Part shown: positions 29,335 to 37,795 of the stretch, piece by piece | Layout of the letters: each line of letters begins with the position of its first letter | How positions within the stretch are numbered: position 1 is the stretch's first letter | Assembly: GCF_047030795.1 (NCBI RefSeq) | Contig: NZ_JBKYIC010000001.1 | Source: Frisingicoccus sp. | GTDB taxonomy: Bacteria > Bacillota > Clostridia > Lachnospirales > Lachnospiraceae | Length of the DNA: 64,000 nt | Strand: one strand, 5' to 3' | Translations under genes and position numbers: made by a program | Notes under the pieces: generated by a model | Told to the model about the DNA's origin: nothing | The model's input: the letters and a program-made list of their open reading frames with translations, nothing else | Database searches by the model: none

Positions 29335-31407
29335 CTAATCCGTATTTTTTAACTGAAAACTTGTCACATAATTATCATCTATAAGCTTAAGTACATATTC
29401 AACTGTTACTGCACTATAATATATTTTAAGTATGTATTCCCCTTCTTCTGAGATAACAACTTCATACTCATATTCAGTCGTAACCATATTCTTTGTGTAA
29501 TTTACTTTATTATCACTCAGAAACTCCCATTTTTCATTGTACCTCTCTCCATTTTCAGCAACACCTGTTCTTGAAAAAGGAGCCAATTGCAAATTACTCT
29601 CAATTTCAGTTATACGTTTTTCATTTTCAAGTTCAATACTTTCTGCAATTTCTTTTTGTTTCTTTTCAATATTACGGCACACAGTAATTAAACCAATAAT
29701 AATTGGGATAAGAACAATCACAGTAATAAAAAATTTTCTTGTCTCTTTACGTTCCGCACATTTAATATCTTTTTCAAGATTCTCTAATTGACTCGATGCA
29801 TCTTTAAAATCTGGTATGGTTTGAAGCAATTTTAAAGCTTCTTTCAAGGTTTCGGCCTTTCCTATTTTAATTTTTTCTTGTGCCTGATTGTATCTTTCCT
29901 CTTTAAGTTTCTTCAATAATTCGGCTGAACCTGTAAAATCTGGTATGGTTTCAAGCAATTTCATGGCCTCACTAATAGCTTTCGGTGTTCCTATTTTAAT
30001 TTTTTCTTCTGCTTTATCATATACTATTTGCTCAGCTTTTTTTTCGCATTCTAATTTATAGTCGTCAGCTTTTTTATATCCTTTCACTCTGGAAAACAAC
30101 TCTGCCGCTTTGAGATAGGATTCCTTATCTGTGGCCAGACGCTGTGCCTTCAAGGCGTGTTGAAATATATTTTCATTCCGGTATTCGACTAAGGTCTTCC
30201 GATAATCCCCTCTGGCAAAAAGCAACGCTTTTTTAAAATATCTATTGTCGCCCAACATAATCCCATAAAACTTACCCCCATATTCAGGAATCTGTGATGT
30301 TCTGGACATTCTCTGTGAAGCCATCAGCTTTCCTATATAGGCCTGCGCATTTTTAGGTTCCATATCCAGTACTCGCTCACAATACTCATCGGCTTTCTGC
30401 CACTCGCCATCCTTTAAAAACATCCAAACTCTTTCCAAAAGTGGAGAAACATTGTCCGTGACCACTGTTGTTGCCACTGTTTCTTTTACCACCTCTTGCA
30501 CCGGTTCCTTTTTATCAACAAGAATCTTTTTTATTCCTCGAACCATATCCTGCATAGAGCCCAACTTTGACATGTCTTGGGCCTGCAGGTAAGCGAAACT
30601 TTCCGGCAAATCATACGGATCCATATCAATATACGCTGGCACAAGCGTCTTATCTGCGCCATTCTGAATTAAGGAAAGATAACGATTCCATTCATTTTTT
30701 ACCCATACCGAATCAAAATTCTCGGCGCTGCTTCCTAAAACTACCATCACTCTGGCACTGTTTAAGGCTGCAAAGATATAAGGTTCATAGGCTGTCCCTA
30801 GCTTGTCTTCCAAAGTAACCCTTGAGAAAAAAACTCTAAATCCCTCTTCTGTCAATTCTTCATATAAATCATAGGCCAAAACGGAATCTTTCGTTCGATT
30901 TCCAAGATTATCTGTTTCTTTATAACAAATGAATACATCATAATCTTCTTCATTTTTAGAAATATTCAAAATTTCTTTTTGTATCTCATCAATACTTTTT
31001 GCTTCCGATTCATAAATTATCCGCTGACGCTCATCAGCATACTCAATAGCAGACTGATAATCGGTATCTTTAAAAATAGACTGGCTCTGAGTTCGATGAA
31101 TCGTCGGAATTCTGCGCTGTGTTTCCGGGTCTTCCACATACTCGACACCGTATCTGCATAACACCAGAGACCAATATGCTTCCGCATCTGTTTTGTCTTC
31201 ACTCAATATCTGTTCATAAACGCCGGCAGCTTTATCAAAATCGTTATGCCTGCGATAATGATTTGCACGGTCGTACATGTTTGCACGCCGTTCATCGTCC
31301 AGTTTTGGCAATGTCTGCTTTGTACCGCAGTATTCACACACAACCACCGATTCTCCCTCTTTAATTTCCAAACCGCCACCGCACATCTTACATTTAAAAA
31401 TCGTCAT
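29335..31407 (-). CDS. TIR-domain protein: N-terminal zinc ribbon, helical region, TIR domain, 2x 43-aa repeats, single TM helix, C-terminal extracytoplasmic beta-rich domain
   Basis: The start was set at the ATG with a strong RBS (TAGGAGG-N9-ATGACGATT...), 14 nt after the upstream gene stop. It has a zinc ribbon (C-x2-C-x14-C-x2-C) and TIR box 1 (YDVFICYKETD). The alphaC motif SVWVKNEW matches S-x-W-C-x-x-E, with Glu in the NADase position. The TM segment is FFITVIVLIPIIIGLITV. The gene ends with TAG. Confidence 0.75.
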   Translation of the reverse strand: MTIFKCKMCGGGLEIKEGESVVVCEYCGTKQTLPKLDDERRANMYDRANHYRRHNDFDKAAGVYEQILSEDKTDAEAYWSLVLCRYGVEYVEDPETQRRIPTIHRTQSQSIFKDTDYQSAIEYADERQRIIYESEAKSIDEIQKEILNISKNEEDYDVFICYKETDNLGNRTKDSVLAYDLYEELTEEGFRVFFSRVTLEDKLGTAYEPYIFAALNSARVMVVLGSSAENFDSVWVKNEWNRYLSLIQNGADKTLVPAYIDMDPYDLPESFAYLQAQDMSKLGSMQDMVRGIKKILVDKKEPVQEVVKETVATTVVTDNVSPLLERVWMFLKDGEWQKADEYCERVLDMEPKNAQAYIGKLMASQRMSRTSQIPEYGGKFYGIMLGDNRYFKKALLFARGDYRKTLVEYRNENIFQHALKAQRLATDKESYLKAAELFSRVKGYKKADDYKLECEKKAEQIVYDKAEEKIKIGTPKAISEAMKLLETIPDFTGSAELLKKLKEERYNQAQEKIKIGKAETLKEALKLLQTIPDFKDASSQLENLEKDIKCAERKETRKFFITVIVLIPIIIGLITVCRNIEKKQKEIAESIELENEKRITEIESNLQLAPFSRTGVAENGERYNEKWEFLSDNKVNYTKNMVTTEYEYEVVISEEGEYILKIYYSAVTVEYVLKLIDDNYVTSFQLKNTD
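29770..30030 (-). repeat. Tandem direct repeat (about 129 nt x2) inside the TIR gene, encoding two 43-aa EKIKIG...LK(E)ALKLL(E/Q)TIPDF repeats
   Basis: A near-identical DNA stretch (aaaatctggtatggttt[g/c]aagcaattt ... cctattttaattttttcttc) is seen twice, back to back. Confidence 0.7.
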
Positions 31408-31421
31408 AGCACACTTGCCTC

Positions 31422-32579
31422 CTAAAGTTTTGTACCACATTCCAGGCAGAATTTTCCACCAACAGGCACATCTGCCCCGCAATTTGCACATTTTCTAGGC
31501 ATTGCCGCGCCGCATTCCATACAGAATTTTGCATTAGACGGTAATACCGCACCGCAATTTGCACATTGAATCGTATCTTTTTTCGTTGATTGAATCGCAG
31601 AACTTAATGCATCTCCCACTACGTTCCCGACAGTACTTCCGACTGCACTACCAATGCCCGCCATAGTTCCAAACCCTATCCCCATATTCGTATACTGACC
31701 TACAGATTCATTTTGCGCTGCTTTCTCTGCAACATCAAACCCTCTTTCCTGCTGATAGCTATATCCTTCCTGAGCTCTTTTCACAGCCATCGCCTGTGAA
31801 GCAATCGTTGTTTTTTGGGCCTCTGTTTGGGCATTAATCACATCAACTTGCTGTTTCAGTTTTGCCTCTGCAATATCTGCGTACTGACGAAAATGAAGCT
31901 CTTTAAATCGCTCATACTGTCTATCACCATCCGGCTTTGCAATATTTGTGACAAAAAACTGTTCCAGTGCAATTCCATAGTCATCAAAATCTGCATCCAA
32001 CATGGCTTTAATCTGGCTTGAAAACATTGTAAGATTTTCATCAATTTCAAAAATACTTATAGCATTTGTTTTCATAACCTGGGCAATATAAGTTTTTACC
32101 CGAGTCATCAAAAATGCTCTAAAAAAATTTTTTACTTTTTCCTGGTCTAATATTTCTTCGGTTCCGACCATTTTCATAAGTAGTTTACTAGAGTCTTCGA
32201 CTCTTAAGTTCATTTCCCCACTGGCCCCAATAGAAATCGGAAAGCCATAGGTTGGTTCCAGATACTGAACCTTGCTGTCTGTCCCCCACTTCATCGGCAT
32301 ATGTACAGATTTATTAACAAAATAAACCTCACAATGAAATGGTGACTGGCTGCCAAAGGGCAAATTTAACACCTTCCCTAATATCGGTATGTTTTCTGTT
32401 TCCAAAGTATAACGTCCGGCCTGAAATGTGTCCAAAGCCTGTCCATCTTTAAAAAATACTGCCTCCTGAGAATCATGTACAATCAACTGAGTCATATAAT
32501 TAAAATCTTCCGAAGGATGCTTCCATACGAATGTACTGTTATCTCCTTCGTATTTAATAATATCTGCTATTTTTACCAT
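31422..32579 (-). CDS. SPFH/band-7 domain protein with C-terminal double zinc ribbon (COG4260-like, 'putative virion core protein' family)
   Basis: 385 aa with an N-terminal SPFH-like domain, a coiled-coil, a Gly-rich segment (MGIGFGTMAGIGSAVG...) and two CxxC-x11-CxxC ribbons. A GGAGG RBS precedes it. It lies 14 nt upstream of the TIR gene. Confidence 0.6.
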   Translation of the reverse strand: MVKIADIIKYEGDNSTFVWKHPSEDFNYMTQLIVHDSQEAVFFKDGQALDTFQAGRYTLETENIPILGKVLNLPFGSQSPFHCEVYFVNKSVHMPMKWGTDSKVQYLEPTYGFPISIGASGEMNLRVEDSSKLLMKMVGTEEILDQEKVKNFFRAFLMTRVKTYIAQVMKTNAISIFEIDENLTMFSSQIKAMLDADFDDYGIALEQFFVTNIAKPDGDRQYERFKELHFRQYADIAEAKLKQQVDVINAQTEAQKTTIASQAMAVKRAQEGYSYQQERGFDVAEKAAQNESVGQYTNMGIGFGTMAGIGSAVGSTVGNVVGDALSSAIQSTKKDTIQCANCGAVLPSNAKFCMECGAAMPRKCANCGADVPVGGKFCLECGTKL

Positions 32580-32608
32580 TCTATTTTCCTCCGATAATCA
32601 AAAGCAAA

Positions 32609-32633
32609 GGCGGTCTATTGTCGCAAGACCGCC
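32609..32633 (-). terminator. Rho-independent terminator after the EF-G paralog, immediately upstream of the SPFH RBS
   Basis: GGCGGTCTTGCGACAATAGACCGCC followed by TTTGCTTTTGATT on the minus strand. Confidence 0.6.
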
Positions 32634-32663
32634 CATGTTTAAAAAATTGGATTCTCTATTCAA

Positions 32664-34748
32664 TTACTGTTCTACTTTCGCATTATCCGCAATAACTTTC
32701 TCCTGAACATCACTCGGAGCCTGTTCATATCTGCTGAAGGAGTATGCATAGCTTCCCCGTCCACCAGTCATGGAACGAAGGTTTGTAGAATATCCATAAA
32801 GTTCAGATAACGGAATATCTGCAACGATTTCTGTCTTTCCGCCTTCAGTTGGATTCATACCAAGTACACGGCCGCGTTTCTTATTCAAGTCGCCCATGAT
32901 ATCGCCGGTATAGCTGTCCGGAACGATAACACTTAAGGAAACGATCGGCTCAAGGATAACAGGATTTGCCTGCATAAATGCGCTCTTGAACGCCTGACGT
33001 GCTGCGGTCTTAAATGCCATTTCAGAGGAGTCTACCGGATGGTAGGAACCATCGAACAATGTGGCTTTTACGCCGACAACCGGATATCCGGCCATAGGTC
33101 CTTTAAGAACGGAATCCTGAATACCTTTTTCAACAGCCGGGAAGTAGTTCTTTGGTACGGCACCGCCGACAACCCGCTCTGCAAATACATATGGTGTTTC
33201 CAGATCGCCGGATGGCTCAAATTCCATAGCAACATCACCGTACTGACCATGTCCGCCGGACTGTTTTTTATATTTTTCACGTACGGAAACTTTCTTACGA
33301 ATCGTTTCACGATACGGAACTCTCGGTTTGGAAAGGTTGATCTTAACTTTATATTTTGCTTCCAGCTTGCTTACAACAACGTCCAGATGCTGGTCGCCCA
33401 TGCCATAAAGGAGAGACTGACGGTTTTCTTTGTCATTGAAAGCTCTCAGCGTCAGATCTTCTTCCATCATCTTCTGAAGGGCCTGGGAAACTTTATCTTC
33501 ATCACCCTTATTCTCAGCTTCATAACGCATATATGTATATGGAGATTCCACTTCAAATTTCTCAAATACCAACGGATCAGCCTTTAAGGATAATGTATCA
33601 CCGGTAGCCGTATTGGATAATTTAGCAATAGCGCCAATGTCACCAGCTTTTAATTCCGGCATTTCGATAGCTTCCTTACCTCTTAAAATGTAAATCCTGG
33701 AAAGCTTTTCTTCTGTCTCTTTTTCATAATTGTAGATAACAGAATCGGATTTCAATTCACCGGAGCAAACCTTAATTAAGGAATAACGGCCGATGAACGG
33801 GTCAACGATGGTCTTAAATACATAAGCGGAGAACGGACGACGGGAGTCATAATCCACGTTATATTCTTTATCTGTCCGAGGGTCTTTACCAAAAATCTTA
33901 ATATTATCACGGATTGGTGAAGGAAGGAATTCCACACATGTTTCGATCAAACCTTCGATACCATAAGCCAGTGTACCGGAACCGCACTGTACCGGAACAA
34001 CAGAACCTTCATTAACATTCACACGAAGGGCATCGATAATCTCGTCTACAGTAAATTCGTCGCCATCAAAATAGCGTTCCATATATTCTTCACTTGTTTC
34101 AGCAACTGCTTCCATCAATGCTTCACGGCATGGTTCAAGATCATCCTGTACATCATCCGGAACATCTCTCTCTTCCCATTTGCCGCCGCCGGTAAAACGA
34201 CGTCCTTTTAAGGTAACCACATTGACAACACCGGTAAATGTATGGTCTTCACGAATTGGCAGATGGAATGGTGCAATGCGCTTACCATAGAGTTCACGGA
34301 GCTGCTCAACAACCTTCATGTAATCTGCATGTTCATCATCCATGTTTGTTACAAAGAAAACTCTTGGAATATCATATTTTTCACAGTAAGCCCATGCTTT
34401 CTCCGTACCGGCTTCCACACCGGCCTTACCATTGATCACGATGATCGCGCCGTCAGCTGCTGCCAAAGCTTCATCTACTTCTCCGGCAAAATCCAAATAT
34501 CCCGGTGTATCTAAAAGGTTAATCTTCCAGAACTTCCATTCAATCGGTACAACAGATGTGCTGATTGAGAATTTACGACGGATTTCTTCTTTATCATAAT
34601 CGCTGATGGTATTTCCATCCTCAATGCGTCCCTGACGTGTTGTAACTCCTGTGACATGCGCCATTGCTTCTACAAGTGATGTTTTTCCGCAGCCGCCGTG
34701 GCCTAAAATTGCAACGTTACGTATGTCCTGTGTTTTATAAACCTTCAT
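32664..34748 (-). CDS. Elongation factor G family GTPase (EF-G paralog)
   Basis: 694 aa. It has the G domain (GHGGCGKTS, DTPG, NMDD) and EF-G domains II-V. It is too long for a Tet(M)/Tet(O)-type ribosomal protection protein, and its P-loop is atypical. Confidence 0.75.
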   Translation of the reverse strand: MKVYKTQDIRNVAILGHGGCGKTSLVEAMAHVTGVTTRQGRIEDGNTISDYDKEEIRRKFSISTSVVPIEWKFWKINLLDTPGYLDFAGEVDEALAAADGAIIVINGKAGVEAGTEKAWAYCEKYDIPRVFFVTNMDDEHADYMKVVEQLRELYGKRIAPFHLPIREDHTFTGVVNVVTLKGRRFTGGGKWEERDVPDDVQDDLEPCREALMEAVAETSEEYMERYFDGDEFTVDEIIDALRVNVNEGSVVPVQCGSGTLAYGIEGLIETCVEFLPSPIRDNIKIFGKDPRTDKEYNVDYDSRRPFSAYVFKTIVDPFIGRYSLIKVCSGELKSDSVIYNYEKETEEKLSRIYILRGKEAIEMPELKAGDIGAIAKLSNTATGDTLSLKADPLVFEKFEVESPYTYMRYEAENKGDEDKVSQALQKMMEEDLTLRAFNDKENRQSLLYGMGDQHLDVVVSKLEAKYKVKINLSKPRVPYRETIRKKVSVREKYKKQSGGHGQYGDVAMEFEPSGDLETPYVFAERVVGGAVPKNYFPAVEKGIQDSVLKGPMAGYPVVGVKATLFDGSYHPVDSSEMAFKTAARQAFKSAFMQANPVILEPIVSLSVIVPDSYTGDIMGDLNKKRGRVLGMNPTEGGKTEIVADIPLSELYGYSTNLRSMTGGRGSYAYSFSRYEQAPSDVQEKVIADNAKVEQ

Positions 34749-34934
34749 GTCCTATTCCTCCAATACGTTTTTAAGTACTATGGATATATTTTACTAAAAA
34801 ATCTGTCTATCTTCAAGAGTTTTATAGAAATTATACAACTTTTTCCTGTTTTTTCTCAATTTTCTTTTTAAAATGATACTGTAGAAAAAAAGCTTGATTT
34901 TTTTTTTTAATAATGCTATCATTAGGACTAACGA

Positions 34935-35210
34935 AAAAAGCTGTGATGGGAACGAGTAAGGATTCTTTGGTTTATACAGAAAGTTACCGGTTGATGAGAG
35001 GTGCATAAAACAGATTTCTGAATACATCCCTGAGCTGCAGGCTGAACCCGTTGGCAGTAGGCTGTGCCGGTTGCAACCGTTATATTGCCGGAGTATAATC
35101 AGTATGACTGACGTACTCTATAAGATTTGTACAGCGATGTACAGATGAATAAAGGTGGTACCACGGAAGGTTTCGCTTTCGTCCTTTACAGCGGGGACGG
35201 AAGCTTTTTT
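34935..35210 (+). ncRNA. T-box riboswitch leader (probably Tyr-specific) controlling tyrA-aroA
   Basis: Stem I GA-motif (GCTGTGATGGGAACGAGTA), a candidate specifier region (TTATACAGAAAG) containing UAC, the T-box sequence AAAGGTGGTACCACGGAAGG, then a terminator hairpin (GTCCTTTACAGCGGGGAC + TTTTTTT), all upstream of tyrA. Confidence 0.6.
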
Positions 35211-35329
35211 TGTGCGAAGACATGAGTCAAGCGAGATTACTTGTAGTATCCGCGAAGGCACAAGTCAAACGAAAGCGCTTTCAAAACTCTGTCCCAACAT
35301 TATAACGAACATTTCAGGAGGACATTGCA

Positions 35330-36433
35330 ATGAGTAAACAAACTATCGGATTTATCGGACTTGGCTTAATCGGCGGTTCCATCGCCAAGGCTCTGCGTGC
35401 AAAACACCCGGACCTAACTTTAATCGCTTATAACCGAAGCAAGGACAGCCTGATTGAAGCTATGGCCGACGGAACAATCAATCAGGCCATGGATACCATT
35501 GGCCCGGGATTTTCCGAATGTGATATTATCTTTTTGTGCGCACCGGTCAGCGTAAATATCCGCTGTCTGGAACAATTAAAACCAATCATCAAGCCGGACT
35601 GTATCCTGACCGATGTGGGCAGCGTGAAAACGACCATTCATGAAGCTGTTGCCAGACTGGGTATGACAGAACATTTTATCGGCGGACATCCGATGGCTGG
35701 TTCGGAAAAAACAAAATACAGCAGTGCCAAAGTACATCTGCTTGAAAATGCCTATTACATTTTAACCCCGGGAGAAGGAACCACTGATGAAATGATTTCT
35801 GAAATGGTCCGCATTGCAAAGGATATTAATGCGATTCCTGTGACCCTGAATTACCACGAGCATGACCGGGTCACTGCTGCTATTTCTCATCTGCCTCATA
35901 TTATCGCCTATACCCTTGTCAATCTGGTCAAAGATTCGGACAACCCGGATGGCATGATGCGGATGCTGGCCGCCGGAGGATTTAAAGACATCACCCGAAT
36001 CGCTTCCTCATCACCGGAAATGTGGCAGCAAATCTGTGCCGAAAACCAGACACAGATTCTGAATATGCTGCACCTTTACATAGACCGGATGACAGAAATC
36101 GGAGAGGCAATTCAGGATAACAACGCCGAGAAGCTCCTTGATACTTTTGCATCCGCAAAAGAATACAGAGATGATATTCCTCAGAGCCATGCAAAAAGTC
36201 TTCTTCCGCCAACCTATGAAATTTTTGTGGATTTGGTCGACGAATCCGGCGCTATCGCCACGATTGCGACGATTCTGGCAACGAACGGAATCAGCATTCG
36301 AAACATAGGCATTGTTCATAACCGGGAATTCCAAGAAGGTGTGCTCCACATTGAATTTTATGATGGAGAATCTGCTGAAAAAGCAACGGAGCTTTTAAAC
36401 CGTTTCCACTACGTCATTCATCTGCGCAAATAA
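35330..36433 (+). CDS. tyrA: Prephenate dehydrogenase with C-terminal ACT domain
   Basis: 367 aa with an NAD-binding GxGxxG (IGFIGLGLIGGS) and the PDH fold, preceded by an RBS (AGGAGG). Confidence 0.85.
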   Translation: MSKQTIGFIGLGLIGGSIAKALRAKHPDLTLIAYNRSKDSLIEAMADGTINQAMDTIGPGFSECDIIFLCAPVSVNIRCLEQLKPIIKPDCILTDVGSVKTTIHEAVARLGMTEHFIGGHPMAGSEKTKYSSAKVHLLENAYYILTPGEGTTDEMISEMVRIAKDINAIPVTLNYHEHDRVTAAISHLPHIIAYTLVNLVKDSDNPDGMMRMLAAGGFKDITRIASSSPEMWQQICAENQTQILNMLHLYIDRMTEIGEAIQDNNAEKLLDTFASAKEYRDDIPQSHAKSLLPPTYEIFVDLVDESGAIATIATILATNGISIRNIGIVHNREFQEGVLHIEFYDGESAEKATELLNRFHYVIHLRK

Positions 36434-36451
36434 TATACAGGAGATATAACT

Positions 36452-37729
36452 ATGAAAATAAAACGAGTCAATGGATTAAGGGGAACCGTATCTGTTCCCG
36501 GAGACAAATCCATTTCCCACCGCAGTATCATGCTTGGCTCTATTGCCGAAGGCACAACGGAAGTTCACAATTTTCTTCAGGGAGCAGACTGCCTCTCTTC
36601 CATCGCATGCTTTCGACAAATGGGCATTTATATTGAAAACAATGGAGATATTGTCCGCATCCATGGACAGGGACTTCATGGGTTAAAACGCCCGGAAAAC
36701 ACCCTTGACACAGGAAACAGCGGAACAACGACCCGACTCATGTCAGGTATTCTCGCCGGACAAAATTTTGATTGCATCGTCAATGGCGATGCCTCGATTC
36801 AGTCCCGCCCAATGCGTCGGATTATGACGCCCCTTTCCATGATGGGCGCCTCCATCGAAAGCATCCGGGGCAATGATTGTGCTCCGTTAAAAATCACAGG
36901 ACAGAAACTTCACGGCATTCACTACGATTCGCCGGTATCCTCTGCCCAGGTAAAATCTGCCATTCTTCTGGCAGGCCTTTATGCCGATGGAGAGACAAGT
37001 GTAACTGAACCGGTACTTTCAAGAAATCATACAGAACTGATGCTTGGCGCCTGCGGCGGTGATATTCGTTCCGAAGGAACGACAGCCACGCTTCATCCGG
37101 TCAAACGGCTGGAAGCCCAGAACATCATTGTTCCCGGCGATATTTCCTCCGCTGCCTACTTTATGGCTGCCGGTCTTATCGTTCCCGGCTCAGAAATTTA
37201 TATTGAAAATGTGGGCATCAATCCGACACGAGATGGTATGGTCAAAGTATGTCAGGCGATGGGCGGAAATATTTCTCTTGAAAACGTTCGGGATGTCTGC
37301 GGTGAGCCGGTAGCCGACATTGTTGTCCGCCATTCCTCACTGCATGGAACTATCGTCGAAGGTGATATTATTCCGACCCTTATCGATGAACTGCCGATTA
37401 TTGCTGTCATGGCTGCCTTTGCCGAAGGTCAGACCATCATCCGGGATGCTGCCGAGCTGAAGGTTAAAGAATCTGACCGTATCGCTGTCATGGCTGAAAA
37501 CCTCAGCGCCATGGGCGTGGACATCACCCCGACGGCCGACGGCATGATCATCAACGGTGGCAGCACACCTCACGGTGCCCGGATTCAAAGCCATCTGGAT
37601 CACCGAATCGCCATGTCCTTTGCTGTAGCTGCTCTGGCCAGCGATGGCGAAACAGAAATCATTGGCAGCGATTGTGTCAATATTTCCTATCCGACATTCT
37701 ACCAGGATTTATTTAATTTGGCTGAATAA
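36452..37729 (+). CDS. aroA: 3-phosphoshikimate 1-carboxyvinyltransferase (EPSP synthase)
   Basis: 425-aa EPSP synthase family (LRGTVSVPGDKSISHR...). Confidence 0.9.
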   Translation: MKIKRVNGLRGTVSVPGDKSISHRSIMLGSIAEGTTEVHNFLQGADCLSSIACFRQMGIYIENNGDIVRIHGQGLHGLKRPENTLDTGNSGTTTRLMSGILAGQNFDCIVNGDASIQSRPMRRIMTPLSMMGASIESIRGNDCAPLKITGQKLHGIHYDSPVSSAQVKSAILLAGLYADGETSVTEPVLSRNHTELMLGACGGDIRSEGTTATLHPVKRLEAQNIIVPGDISSAAYFMAAGLIVPGSEIYIENVGINPTRDGMVKVCQAMGGNISLENVRDVCGEPVADIVVRHSSLHGTIVEGDIIPTLIDELPIIAVMAAFAEGQTIIRDAAELKVKESDRIAVMAENLSAMGVDITPTADGMIINGGSTPHGARIQSHLDHRIAMSFAVAALASDGETEIIGSDCVNISYPTFYQDLFNLAE

Positions 37730-37732
37730 TAC

Positions 37733-37790
37733 AAAAAAGTATTCTCCTTGAGCACCTTGAAACGGTGCCTTTCGGAGAATACTTTTTCTA
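37733..37790. terminator. Bidirectional terminator between aroA (+) and the FGGY kinase gene (-)
   Basis: Hairpin GTATTCTCC..(inner GCACC/GGTGC)..GGAGAATAC flanked by an A-run and TTTTTC. Confidence 0.6.
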
Positions 37791-37795
37791 TTCTG

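Noticed and set aside
31408-31491. N-terminal extension of the TIR ORF (MCKLRGRCACWWKILPG...) overlapping the 3' end of the SPFH gene by 70 nt
   Set aside because: The extension has no RBS and an odd composition. An ATG at 31407 with a strong AGGAGG RBS gives a clean N-terminal zinc ribbon and a 14-nt intergenic gap.
32664-34748. Possibility that the EF-G-like gene is a Tet(M)/Tet(O) ribosomal protection gene, which would make the neighbourhood a resistance island
   Set aside because: At 694 aa with all five EF-G domains it fits an EF-G paralog better than the ~640-aa Tet(M) class. The claim cannot be made from sequence alone.
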